From positions 1-63,751 of the forward strand of contig JAAZNV010000012.1 in NCBI GenBank assembly GCA_012798115.1: a DNA stretch of 63,751 nt, read 5' to 3'. This stretch comes from a candidate division WWE3 bacterium. GTDB taxonomy: Bacteria; Patescibacteriota; WWE3; UBA101185; UBA10185. Shown piece after piece: positions 9,004-19,026 of this stretch. The stretch's first letter is position 1, and the number at the start of each line of letters is the position of its first letter. Made by a program: the position numbers and the translations under genes. Below the pieces are notes generated by a model. The model was not told the origin of the DNA. It saw only the letters and a program-made list of their open reading frames with translations, and did no database searches.

Positions 9004-10344
9004 TTACTCCCTCTTTTGCTCTACTTCATAGAACTTAGTAAATTCAGTCCTAAAGAATAAATCAAGTTCCCCTGTTGGGCCATTTCTATGCTTTGCAACA
9101 ATAAGCTTAGCATTTGATTTATCTTCTTCATCAGGTCTGTACAAAAACATAACAATATCAGCATCCTGCTCAATAGATCCAGAGTCTCTTAAATCTGAAA
9201 GCTGAGGCTTTTTATCTCCTCCCCTTTGCTCTACAGCCCTAGAAAGTTGAGAAACTGCAAGAACAGGAACTTTTAACTCTCTAGCTAAGTTCTTTAAACC
9301 TTGTGAGATCTTTGAAACTTCTTGTACTCTGCTTTCTGCTTGAGGTGCTTTAACAAGTTGCATATAGTCAACAATTATCAAATCAATTTTATTCTCAAGC
9401 ATTAATCTTCTTGCTTTTGTTCTCATTTCCATAACTGAAATACCAGCAGTATCATCAATAAATATTGGTGCTTCAGCAAGTTCTCCTGCTGCAACACCAT
9501 ATTTTTCAAAGTCTTCCTCATCAAGGTTACCTGTTGATATTTTCCAGTTGTCAATACCAGCTTGTGAAGAAGTTAATCTATCAACAAGCATTTCCCTACC
9601 CATTTCAAGAGAAAAGAAAGCAACACCAAACCCTCCTGTTACTGCAGCATATTGAGCAATATTTAAAGCAAGAGATGTCTTACCAACAGAAGGTCTAGCT
9701 GCAATTACACATAAATTTTCCTTCTGAAGGCCAGAAAGCAATCTATCAAGGCCTTTTATTCCAGTTGGTACTCCTCTCAAGGCACCTTTCTTTTTTGAAA
9801 GTTCGTCAAGTCTCTCAAATGTGATTTCAAGGGTATCCTTTATTGGAACAAAATCTTGGTAGGTCATATCTTGAGAGACTGAGTATACTAATTGTTCAGA
9901 CTTATCAAGAAGATCTTCAACCTCTCCTTCATTAAAAGCTAATTCTCCTATTTCAGAGGCAGTAGTTATTAAAAATCTCTTAATTGCATCATTTTTAATA
10001 AGATGCGCATAGGCTTCTATGTTAGCTGAAGTAGGCACAGAGTTAACAAGCTCAGTAAGGTAAGACACTCCACCAATATTATCCAACTCCTTCATTTTCT
10101 TAAGTTGGTTAGGAACCGTAATAAGATCGGCAGGTTCTCTTTTTTCATAAAGAATAAGAATAGCTTCATATATCTTTTCATGAGCTGATTTATAAAAATG
10201 CTTAGGTTTAAGAAATTCTACAACTTTGACAATAGAATCCTTATCAATGAGGAGAGACCCAAGTACAGACTTCTCTGCCTCAAGATCATGCGGAGGAACT
10301 TTCATTCCAACATTTTCATTTTTATTTGGTTTTCTTGTAGACAT
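9004..10344 (-). CDS. dnaB: Replicative DNA helicase
   Basis: PPHDLEAE, AARPSVGKT, DYMQL, SDLRDSGSIEQDAD, KHRNGPTG; no intein. Confidence 0.98.
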   Translation of the reverse strand: MSTRKPNKNENVGMKVPPHDLEAEKSVLGSLLIDKDSIVKVVEFLKPKHFYKSAHEKIYEAILILYEKREPADLITVPNQLKKMKELDNIGGVSYLTELVNSVPTSANIEAYAHLIKNDAIKRFLITTASEIGELAFNEGEVEDLLDKSEQLVYSVSQDMTYQDFVPIKDTLEITFERLDELSKKKGALRGVPTGIKGLDRLLSGLQKENLCVIAARPSVGKTSLALNIAQYAAVTGGFGVAFFSLEMGREMLVDRLTSSQAGIDNWKISTGNLDEEDFEKYGVAAGELAEAPIFIDDTAGISVMEMRTKARRLMLENKIDLIIVDYMQLVKAPQAESRVQEVSKISQGLKNLARELKVPVLAVSQLSRAVEQRGGDKKPQLSDLRDSGSIEQDADIVMFLYRPDEEDKSNAKLIVAKHRNGPTGELDLFFRTEFTKFYEVEQKRE

Positions 10345-10352
10345 TTACTGCC

Positions 10353-11003
10353 TTAGTGGGTAGGTTTAAGTACAATAACTTCTGTATCTTCAGACTCATC
10401 CTTTTTAGCATTTACTGTGAGTTTGTCCATATCTTTTTTTATACCATTCTCTACTCCCATAACGTCAAGGAATTTATCAACCCCATCTATATCTTGCATT
10501 ACAGAGTCATTTGTTTTGTAATGCATTGGAATAACATAAGCAGGTTGCACTGCAGATATAACTTTAGAAGCAACTTCAGCATCTAAAGTATACTTTCCAC
10601 CCACTGGAATCATTAACACTTCTACACTTGGAATTTTCTCTAAATCTTCTTGTGACAACTCATGACCTAAATCTCCTAAATGGAGAATATCCACACCATC
10701 TACAGTTATTAAATAAAAAGTGGACTTTCCTCTTTCAGCACCCTGTTTATCATCATGAAAAACAGACCTACCGTATATAAAGACCCCTCCAACTTCATAT
10801 TCACCCGGACCATCAACAACTAATCTGTAGTCTGACACACCAGCTATATTGTTATGATCAAAGTGATCGTGTGTAACAAGAACTACATCAGCACTCAATT
10901 TTGGAAGTTTATAACCAATCTTTGAATCATAAGGATCAATAACTAAAGACAATGTCTTTCCCTTTATTTTAAAACAAGAATGCCCTACGTATGTAATTTC
11001 CAT
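10353..11003 (-). CDS. MBL-fold metallo-hydrolase
   Basis: GHSCF, THDHFDH, HLGDLG, IPMHY. Confidence 0.92.
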   Translation of the reverse strand: MEITYVGHSCFKIKGKTLSLVIDPYDSKIGYKLPKLSADVVLVTHDHFDHNNIAGVSDYRLVVDGPGEYEVGGVFIYGRSVFHDDKQGAERGKSTFYLITVDGVDILHLGDLGHELSQEDLEKIPSVEVLMIPVGGKYTLDAEVASKVISAVQPAYVIPMHYKTNDSVMQDIDGVDKFLDVMGVENGIKKDMDKLTVNAKKDESEDTEVIVLKPTH

Positions 11004-11056
11004 GGGACTATATTAACAGGTTAGTTTGAATTTTGGAAGATGAAATATCTTTTAAT

Positions 11057-11085
11057 TTGACATATATTTTTAGATATCCCATAAT
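11057..11085 (+). promoter_or_regulatory. Sigma70-type promoter with no downstream ORF
   Basis: TTGACA-17 bp-CATAAT. Confidence 0.7.
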
Positions 11086-11090
11086 GTTTT

Positions 11091-11385
11091 TAACGCATAG
11101 AAAGAGCATCTTACTCTTCCTTGAAGAGGGAGGTGGAGGTAATCGAACTTCCACCTCTCAAGGAAGGTTGGATTGTTGTGTCTAAACGCCCTCAAAGCTT
11201 AAACCTAGACATAAATCGTTACGTTAAGAAAGGATATATCTAATCCATTAGCAATAGGATCTTGGCTAACTTCATTAAGCTCAATACTTAATAAGTATAT
11301 GTTTAGGGTATACCTTCGCATAACAGAGGGGTGATATGCTAAGTCTTCTTATCACCCCTGTCTCGCTACAAAACAGAAAATCTTT
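11091..11385 (+). ncRNA. Candidate structured ncRNA (unknown family)
   Basis: Promoter upstream; hairpins CTTCCTTGA/TCAAGGAAG enclosing GAGGTGGAGG/CTTCCACCTC, TGTGTCTA/TAGACATA and GGGGTGATA/TATCACCCC; G-U pairs favour the plus strand. Confidence 0.5.
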
Positions 11386-11404
11386 AATAATGTTTTCATT
11401 TGTG

Positions 11405-12148
11405 TTATATCTTCCCAACAAATAACAAACTAAGATTTTTAGAGTATCCTTTAAACAACAGTCCATACTTTTCAGATAATTTTAATGTAGCCATTGCTTT
11501 CTCAGCAGGTACTAAACTATCAAGACTTAGATCAAATCTACTTAAAATCTTCGACGTCTCAACAGGCATTCCTCTTATTATCACTTCTCCATTTGGCTTG
11601 AGCCCATTTTCTTTCTCTTCCAAATCTAGAAGATATTTTTGGAGGCTAGGACCTGTAGACTGGCCACAGAAACAGCCCATTGCTAAAGTGAAGAAAACAT
11701 CATTTTTACCCAATAATCGCTTAAACTCTTCTAAGGAAAATTTAAACAATTGCTCACCAAAACCATTACCCCTAAACTGAGGTTTTACCATGTAATAAGC
11801 TAACTCTCCGACGATGTTTCTCTGGTTGCAACTAGGGAAGAAACTTCCAAAACTAGCTAGAGAGATAAAACTACAATCCTCGCAATGCAGATGAAAGAAC
11901 AATTGTGGCTCGATTATATCCCACACATAAAACTTATTAAGCAGAACTCCCACTAATACATTATTATCCCTTATTGTATACAAATCAGCGCCTCTTCCCA
12001 GAAGCTTATCCTTACACAACTCAGACCCCGATACGCATAATAAATTCCGAACATTTCTTAAAAAATCATCTCTTTGTTGCTCCGGAAAAAATTCTAGGCT
12101 TAGCGCTTCAACAGCCTCAACATCAAAATTAACCCTATGAATTTTCAC
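11405..12148 (-). CDS. GNAT-family acetyltransferase-like protein
   Basis: YMVKPQFRGNGFG acetyl-CoA binding motif A; GTG start with SD AAGGAG. Confidence 0.7.
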   Translation of the reverse strand: MKIHRVNFDVEAVEALSLEFFPEQQRDDFLRNVRNLLCVSGSELCKDKLLGRGADLYTIRDNNVLVGVLLNKFYVWDIIEPQLFFHLHCEDCSFISLASFGSFFPSCNQRNIVGELAYYMVKPQFRGNGFGEQLFKFSLEEFKRLLGKNDVFFTLAMGCFCGQSTGPSLQKYLLDLEEKENGLKPNGEVIIRGMPVETSKILSRFDLSLDSLVPAEKAMATLKLSEKYGLLFKGYSKNLSLLFVGKI

Positions 12149-12238
12149 AGCATTTCTCCTTTCCTTTCAAAATGGTATAATTCTGATCGATATTCTAACA
12201 TGATTAGCAATACCAACAAAAACAATAGGAGAGAAAAT

Positions 12239-13450
12239 ATGTATAAGCTGTTCAGTATGCTTGAAGATCTTGACAAAATACCAAACGTCCCTTTCTTCAC
12301 CAGTAAAGTTAGTGAAGCCTTAATAAGGATTTGTAAAGACATAGGAATAAATGAAGAAAACGCCAGCATAAACGAGGATTTCTTAGGGGTTTCTGTTACA
12401 ATCAAGGCAGGGAAACCTAATAAGAGGATTATCTTATGTTCCCACTTAGATCATCCAGGTTTTGTATTCAATGGTAATGGGATAGGGAGACCTTTAGGAA
12501 GCGTAGGTGGAATAGGAAACTTAGGTTTGTCAAAAATAAATAAACCATCCGATATGGATTTCTACTCAAAGGAAGGTAAATACGTAGGAAGATCAGATGT
12601 TCGTATAGAGAACGGTAGAATATTTTGTGAAAACCTAAACCTAAAGAAAAACACAGTTGGCATATGGCATATAGAAAACACTTCCTTTTCTAGTCCTACC
12701 ATTAAGATGAGATCTGCTGATAACCATGTGTCTACAGCAACAATTCTATACACAGTATCTGAGATTATAAACTCACTTAAAGATACAGAGTTGATACTTT
12801 TATTTACATCAGTAGAAGAAGTATTTCAAATGTCCATGACAGGAATGTGTATTGAAACTGGAATTGCAGGGAGAAAAATCAACAAAGATGACCTTTTTGT
12901 AGTCTTAGAAACCATGGAAATAGAACCATACAATTCATCGGTCATTAGTTATTCGGGGGGTCCGTTGATAAAGGTAAACGATGCAGAAGTTCCATACGGT
13001 GTGGCTTCTGGGCAAAAGGTCAACAAGTCTGAGTCAATGCTGTTAGAAGCTGCTGTTAATTTGAAGCATCAGCATGGATTTTCTAGCGGTCATACAGATG
13101 CACTAGCGCTTTCTCTAATGACAGACTGTCCTAACATAGTAACTTTGGCAATACCATGTCAAAACAAACACAATGTGACAAGTACAGGAGAAATAACAAC
13201 TGAGGATGTAAAAACTCAAGACATAGACCTCAGTATAACAATACTGAAAAAGTTGCTAAAGTGCGGATACACTGGAGAAACAAACGAGATCTTAAGCACA
13301 AAAACTACAGGAAACCTAAAGGGGCTTCAAGGTAGAAAGATTGAAAGAATATTAAAGTATAAGCAAAACAAACCTAGATTGCTGATGGGTTTTTACTACC
13401 CAGAAAACATTCTACATTGGCTTTTGCTTGCCAAAGCCCGCTTCATTTAA
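12239..13450 (+). CDS. M42/M28-like metallopeptidase
   Basis: CSHLDHPG, RSADN, FTSVEE, GHTDA and KHN motifs; start at ATG 12239 with SD AGGAG. Confidence 0.7.
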   Translation: MYKLFSMLEDLDKIPNVPFFTSKVSEALIRICKDIGINEENASINEDFLGVSVTIKAGKPNKRIILCSHLDHPGFVFNGNGIGRPLGSVGGIGNLGLSKINKPSDMDFYSKEGKYVGRSDVRIENGRIFCENLNLKKNTVGIWHIENTSFSSPTIKMRSADNHVSTATILYTVSEIINSLKDTELILLFTSVEEVFQMSMTGMCIETGIAGRKINKDDLFVVLETMEIEPYNSSVISYSGGPLIKVNDAEVPYGVASGQKVNKSESMLLEAAVNLKHQHGFSSGHTDALALSLMTDCPNIVTLAIPCQNKHNVTSTGEITTEDVKTQDIDLSITILKKLLKCGYTGETNEILSTKTTGNLKGLQGRKIERILKYKQNKPRLLMGFYYPENILHWLLLAKARFI

Positions 13451-13455
13451 GCATA

Positions 13456-13488
13456 GACCGGGCGACTCTAATCATTAGAAACCCGGTC
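13456..13488 (+). terminator. Hairpin after the peptidase gene
   Basis: GACCGGG...CCCGGTC inverted repeat. Confidence 0.5.
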
Positions 13489-13534
13489 AATCTTCTTCTA
13501 TTAATAAAACTTCCACTATGTGGTACAATTCTTC

Positions 13535-13845
13535 CGTTGAAAACCAAACAATAAAGAAAAAGGGTCAAAAAGAAATAGTAGAAAGAATAGATTATTTTAA
13601 GAGAGGCAGAACGGTGAAAGCTGCTAGTAATTTATCTTTTGAACACGTCTTTCATCTATATTTAATTAGAACCCTTCTAGGAAAGAAAGTTTATACATAA
13701 TCCTAGACGGAAATCTTACCGTAATTAAGAAACCTAGTGTCGTAGTAACGGAGCTGGGATACAAACGAGAATTAAGAAAACTCTCGCTTCCTAACATATA
13801 TGTACGATATTATTGACATGTTAGAGAAACGAGAGTTTTTGTTTT
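13535..13845 (+). ncRNA. Candidate structured ncRNA upstream of tRNA-His
   Basis: Extended -10 TGGTACAAT; nested stems AAGGGT/ACCCTT, GAAAGA/TCTTTC, TTTAAGAGA/TCTTTTGAA, GGCAG/CTGCT; three small hairpins; long terminal hairpin AAAACTCTCG/CGAGAGTTTT plus T-run. Confidence 0.5.
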
Positions 13846-13851
13846 AAATAT

Positions 13852-13927
13852 GGTGGTTGTAGCTCAATGGTAGAGCGCTGCTCTGTGGAAGCAGATGTTG
13901 CGGGTTCGATCCCCGTCAACCACCCCA
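13852..13927 (+). tRNA. tRNA-His(GTG)
   Basis: Encoded G-1, CTGCT-CTGTGGA-AGCAG anticodon arm, GTTCGATCC, CCA end. Confidence 0.96.
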
Positions 13928-14055
13928 AAGCACCTTAATATTCTACTTATCGTTTAACATCTTGGCCCAGATTTCTGTGTCCTTATTCTTAATACCTAGA
14001 TTATATTCAACTGAGGTTTTGATATACCAAACAACATAAAGATCTATTTTGGTAT

Positions 14056-14253
14056 TCACTCTTTTGTTTTCAATGTATTTATTAAGTCCAATAAGAAGAC
14101 CTTAACTGCCGGGGTGATATCAGATTTGTATTTATCGGCAATAGATTTAGTTAAATTTAAAAGATTTAGTACAAGAGATATTTGTTCTTTATTTAATGTT
14201 CTTTTCATAGTTTTGGTCAAAAAGAAAGAGATACAACATACTATTTCACTCAA
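14056..14253 (-). CDS. Small hypothetical protein
   Basis: Short ORF directly downstream of the phosphoesterase; start uncertain. Confidence 0.35.
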   Translation of the reverse strand: MSEIVCCISFFLTKTMKRTLNKEQISLVLNLLNLTKSIADKYKSDITPAVKVFLLDLINTLKTKE

Positions 14254-14260
14254 TTATTGC

Positions 14261-15228
14261 TTATTCATAGCTCTCAATTCCATTAAACTGTATGGATTCA
14301 TCAATATGAACATGCCCATGAAAATATGCATCGATTCTATTATTTGATAATAATAGATTCATATCATCTTTTGGAAGGGCGTAGTAACTACTCTCTGTCG
14401 ACTTCCACGTAGTACTATACTTAGGAGCATGTACTAAGAGAAAAATATTTTTATCTTGATTAGATTGGATATTTTCTTCCGCCCAATTTAATTCAGAACT
14501 CAAGAATTTTACTTCATTTACATTTCCATAGGTACATCCCATTGCTATCACGGTTATGTTATCAAATGTCTTTGTGTATGTCGCGCTTTCATACCCAAGT
14601 TTATCTAAAAATATTGACAGTGACTCCCCACCTTTATCCTTGTCGTGGTTTCCAGCTACCTCTACCCATTTTTCTCTTGCCAAAATACTTGTGTTTCTAA
14701 TAGTTATATAAGTGTCAAAAAACTCTTCTGTAGCATATTGGACATCTCCACTCCCAACTAGATCCCCAATCACAAACGAATAGCTAACCCCAAGCATATT
14801 CATATCACCTATTGTTTTCTTAAATAAAATATCTCCGTTAGGACTACCAATATGCAAATCTGACATGAGAGCTATTTTTAATTCATTCTTTCCACTATAT
14901 GGATACGTCAACTTAAAACTCCTGTCATATTCCTGCAGGTACGTACCCCCCCCCCATTTCCGATCATTCTTACTCGTATAGTAGCCGTATCACTTAGAGG
15001 GGTTAAAACAAGAACTCTATAAAAACCATAGTATTCGGTAGAAACATTGTAATAAAAAATTTTAGACCCCTTCATTCTATTTTTAGTATCAGACAATGTT
15101 TGATTAATACCATCAATAACTTTTTTATCATTTAGATGAACTGTCTCATAGACAATAATATTACTAACAAACAATAACAAAAGGGACAAAAGTAAACGAC
15201 GCACTTTCATAAACAAATAATAACACAC
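14261..15228 (-). pseudogene. Membrane-anchored metallophosphoesterase split by a frameshift in a G10 tract (phase-variable or error)
   Basis: SDLH, GDLV, GNHD, H and GHVH motifs in 14261-14911; that frame is open back to the G10 run at 14946-14955; adding one G joins it to ORF 14908-15228 (N-terminal TM), giving ~322 aa. Confidence 0.7.
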
Positions 15229-15298
15229 GAGTCTTCATTAATAGCCGTGAGTTTTGTATAATTTAGCTAAGGTTAGTAGTCCTATAAAGAGATTGCGT

Positions 15299-16600
15299 AT
15301 GACAAATAAAATGACAACACAACCATATAAAGGAAGTAGAGACTTTTATCCTGAGGATATGAAGATAAGAAACTTCATATTTGATACTTGGAAGAAGGTC
15401 TGTAAATCCTATGGTTATGAAGAATACGATGGTCCTTTTATTGAATCATTTGAACTTTATGCAGCTAAATCAGGTGAAGAGTTAGTAAACGAACAATTAT
15501 ATAGCTTTGAGGATAGAGGCAAAAGAAAAGTAGCAATAAGACCAGAAATGACCCCTACCCTTGCAAGAATGGTAGCAAGTAAGATAAACGAGCTTCCTAA
15601 ACCAATAAGATGGTTTTCTATTGCAAACTTCTGGAGGTATGAAAAACCACAAAGAGGAAGAGGAAGAGAATTCTTTCAATTAAATTTAGATATGTTCGGA
15701 ATAGAAGGAGTTGAAGCTGATCTTGAAGTAATTTCCACATCGGTAGATATACTTAAAAGCTTTGGGGCTAAAGAAACAATGTTTGAAGTTAGATTTAATA
15801 ACAGAAGACTTGCTGATGATATTTATAGAAATCTTGGACTTAGCACCGAGCAAAAAAAGTTAGTAAACAAAGCACTAGATAAAAAACTTAAAATATCTCA
15901 AGAGGAATTTAACAGTTGGTTAAAAGATGATGCAAAACTATCAAATCTTGAGCTTAAATCTTTAAATGATTACTTGGAAAACCCTATGCCTATGGTGAAT
16001 CAGTTAGTACCTAAATCAAAAGGTGCACAAGAAGTCGTCAAACTCACAGAGCTAATTAATAACCAAGGTTTAAGCATGTTCGTTAAGTTTGATCCAACAA
16101 TAATCAGGGGTTTAGATTATTACACCGGCAACGTATTTGAAGTCTATGACTTAAATCCTCAAAACATTAGGGCTATTGCTGGAGGAGGAAGATATGATGA
16201 TTTAGTAACTGTTTTTGGAAAGGACAAACTAACAGGAACTGGATATGCAATGGGAGATATTACCTTAAAGGACTTTTTAAAAGGTTGGAATCTTCTTCCA
16301 AAATTTGAATCTGAGTGTGAATACTTGATTACCTTATGGCCATCAGAAGACCCTAAATTCTTAAAAAAGGAACTGGAGATATCCAAGATTTTAAGAAATA
16401 ACGGTTTAAATGTTCAAACATGGTTAGAAAACAACACAAAGCTAGAAAAACAATTAAAATATGCAGATAAAAAAGGATGTAAATACGTTATAATCATTGG
16501 AGAAAACGAACTAAAAGACAACTTGGTAACAATCAAGAATTTAAAAGATTCTACTCAAGAGACAAAACCTTTAGAAAAATTCATATCAGATATAAAATAA
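15299..16600 (+). CDS. hisS: Histidine--tRNA ligase
   Basis: KGSRDFYP, RPEMT, WRYEKPQRGRGREFFQ, RGLDYYTG, GGGRYD; exact start uncertain (15299 or 15311). Confidence 0.97.
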   Translation: MTNKMTTQPYKGSRDFYPEDMKIRNFIFDTWKKVCKSYGYEEYDGPFIESFELYAAKSGEELVNEQLYSFEDRGKRKVAIRPEMTPTLARMVASKINELPKPIRWFSIANFWRYEKPQRGRGREFFQLNLDMFGIEGVEADLEVISTSVDILKSFGAKETMFEVRFNNRRLADDIYRNLGLSTEQKKLVNKALDKKLKISQEEFNSWLKDDAKLSNLELKSLNDYLENPMPMVNQLVPKSKGAQEVVKLTELINNQGLSMFVKFDPTIIRGLDYYTGNVFEVYDLNPQNIRAIAGGGRYDDLVTVFGKDKLTGTGYAMGDITLKDFLKGWNLLPKFESECEYLITLWPSEDPKFLKKELEISKILRNNGLNVQTWLENNTKLEKQLKYADKKGCKYVIIIGENELKDNLVTIKNLKDSTQETKPLEKFISDIK

Positions 16601-16606
16601 ATAATA

Positions 16607-17608
16607 ATGTTTAGAAGAAACCTGCCTAAAAACCTTGTTCTTGCGTATGTTGCATTAACTGGTGCTACCATTCTTTGGGGTGCAGCAAACCCAATAATTA
16701 AACTTACACTAGGCTACATTCCACCAATTACATTTTTATTCTTAAGGTTCTTAATAGCTTGCATCATCCTTTTACCTTATGTTTTGTATGAGACACAAAA
16801 AACAAAAATTGATAAAAGAGATTATTTAAACATATTTTTGTTTGGCTTGTTTTCTCAAACTTCACTTATATTGATTTTTGTGGGACTTGAATACACAACT
16901 GTTGTGGAGTCCTCAATCATAGGTATTCTTGGATCTATTCTTACTGTTGCTGCAGGCCACTACTTCTACAAAGACAACGTAAATAAAGGAGTTAAGACAG
17001 GATTATTAATTGCGTCTTTAGGTACATTGTTTGTTATCATTGAGCCATTGTTTACAGGCAATATCCACAATACCAGCTTAGTTGAAAGGACATTTGGAAA
17101 TTTTCTTGTATTTTTATATAACATAACATGGGTGATATTTATTGTATGGTCAAAATTTAGCATGGGAGAAGAAAGATCTTCTCTATTAAAAAAAGCTTTA
17201 AGCTTCATTCAGTTGAAACCAATGAAAAAAGAATACTCCTCAACTTTTCTTACAGCACTTTCATTATATGTTGGACTAGCAACTGTTACTCCTCTCGCCT
17301 TTTTAGAAAACACAGGGTATATAGGAAACAACCCACCATTTGATATATTCTCCATAAAACCTATTGGTATAATAGGATTACTGTACATGGCTATATGCTC
17401 CTCAATTATTGCTTACATGTTATATCAATGGTCTTTAAAATATGTGAAAGTTTCAGATACTGCATTCTTTGGGTACCTAGCCCCAATCTTAACACTACCC
17501 TTTTCTTATGTAATCTTAGGAGAACTCCCAACAAAATCTATGGTTATTGGAGCAATAATAATAGGCATAGGGGTATACATTTCAGGGAAGAATTTAAATA
17601 ATCATTAA
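16607..17608 (+). CDS. DMT/EamA family transporter
   Basis: About 10 TM segments, two EamA repeats (ILWGA..., LAPI...LGE). Confidence 0.9.
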   Translation: MFRRNLPKNLVLAYVALTGATILWGAANPIIKLTLGYIPPITFLFLRFLIACIILLPYVLYETQKTKIDKRDYLNIFLFGLFSQTSLILIFVGLEYTTVVESSIIGILGSILTVAAGHYFYKDNVNKGVKTGLLIASLGTLFVIIEPLFTGNIHNTSLVERTFGNFLVFLYNITWVIFIVWSKFSMGEERSSLLKKALSFIQLKPMKKEYSSTFLTALSLYVGLATVTPLAFLENTGYIGNNPPFDIFSIKPIGIIGLLYMAICSSIIAYMLYQWSLKYVKVSDTAFFGYLAPILTLPFSYVILGELPTKSMVIGAIIIGIGVYISGKNLNNH

Positions 17609-17655
17609 AGCCCTACTTGTCTATGCAAGTAAACCCTGGTATACTGCACTTCGTC

Positions 17656-18000
17656 ATGAAAAAGGATATACATCCAAAATTAAATACTTGTGTTGTCACA
17701 TGTGCATGTGGAAACACATTTACAACAGTATCCACACTACCTTCAATAACGGTAGAAATATGTAGTGCATGTCATCCTTTTTACACAGGGCAAAGCAAAT
17801 TTGTTGATACAGAAGGGAGAATAGATAAATTTTCAAGAAGATTAAAATTAGCAGAAGAAAAGAAAAAGAAAGCTGATGAGTTAAAAGCTATTAAATCCTC
17901 AAAGAAAAAAGGTCCTGAAGTATTAAAAGAAATGACTTTGAAAGAAATGCTCCAGAAGGCTAAAGCTGAAGAAGAGTCAAAAAAACAATCCGAAGAGTAG
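17656..18000 (+). CDS. rpmE: 50S ribosomal protein L31 (Zn-binding type, C-terminal extension)
   Basis: MKKDIHP...CACG...[10 protein letters not shown]...GRIDKF. Confidence 0.96.
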   Translation: MKKDIHPKLNTCVVTCACGNTFTTVSTLPSITVEICSACHPFYTGQSKFVDTEGRIDKFSRRLKLAEEKKKKADELKAIKSSKKKGPEVLKEMTLKEMLQKAKAEEESKKQSEE

Positions 18001-18051
18001 ATTAAACTCTCTAAGTTTTCCAAGATGTTAAACTGAAAGTACAATATACTT

Positions 18052-19026
18052 ATGGATCAAGCACATAATTACATTCAAAACGAAATAGAAAGAATAACAA
18101 AAGAAATAGAATTTAACAAAAAAACATTGGAAAGTGAAATTAATACTGAGATGAAGAAGCTTTACGAAGAAGAAATCTATAGTCTTCAAAAACAAAAAGA
18201 AGAGTTAGAAAAATCCTTAGATAGTTCAAGTTACCAACCAGAAAAGAAAAATATAATAAGTGAAGGAGATTTTAATTTAGATCCTAACGTTGCAACCATG
18301 GAAATAAGATCAGGAACAGGTGGGGATGAAGCAGGATTATTTGCTAAAGATTTATTTAGAATGTATTCAAGATACGGCGAAAAGGCTAAATGGAAGATAA
18401 CAGAAGAGTATCTAAATGAAAATGAAGTAGGAGGAATTAAAACTTTGATAGCTGACATTAAAGGACAAAATGTGTATAAGCTCCTAAAAAATGAGTCTGG
18501 AGTTCATAGAGTACAAAGAATTCCAGTAACGGAATCTGGTGGTAGAATACACACCTCAACAGCCACCGTAGCTGTTCTTCCAAAATTAAAAAATATTAAC
18601 ATTGAAATAAAACCAGATGATTTAAAATGGGAGTTTTATAGGTCTGGAGGAAAAGGTGGCCAAAATGTTAATAAAGTATCAACTGCAGTTAGACTTACTC
18701 ATATACCAACGGGAACTATTGTTGAATGCCAAGAAGAAAGGTACCAAGGAAAAAACAGAGAAAAAGCTTTAAGTATTCTCCATTCCAAGCTTTACACTCA
18801 AATGCAAGAACAACACGTAAAAAGTATAACTGAGTTAAGATCCTCCCAGGTAGGCACAGGAGAGCGAAGCGAAAAAATAAGAACATATAATTTTCCACAA
18901 GATAGAATCACAGATCATAGAATAAATAAAACATGGCATAGCATTGAAAGAGTTATGAATGGGGATGTAGAAAATATATTAGAAGAGTGCTCTCTAATTG
19001 AATCACAAGATAATAAAAATGATTAA
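18052..19026 (+). CDS. prfA: Peptide chain release factor 1 (N-terminally short)
   Basis: GTGGDEA, PVT specificity motif, GGQ, RTYNFPQDRITDHRI. Confidence 0.95.
   Translation: MDQAHNYIQNEIERITKEIEFNKKTLESEINTEMKKLYEEEIYSLQKQKEELEKSLDSSSYQPEKKNIISEGDFNLDPNVATMEIRSGTGGDEAGLFAKDLFRMYSRYGEKAKWKITEEYLNENEVGGIKTLIADIKGQNVYKLLKNESGVHRVQRIPVTESGGRIHTSTATVAVLPKLKNINIEIKPDDLKWEFYRSGGKGGQNVNKVSTAVRLTHIPTGTIVECQEERYQGKNREKALSILHSKLYTQMQEQHVKSITELRSSQVGTGERSEKIRTYNFPQDRITDHRINKTWHSIERVMNGDVENILEECSLIESQDNKND

Noticed and set aside
11281..11466. 61-aa minus-strand ORF
   Set aside because: It overlaps the GNAT gene end and the hairpin region, with no start signals.
13518..13700. 60-aa ORF
   Set aside because: Its start codon lies within the extended -10 element, it has no SD, and extensive base pairing explains the sequence better.
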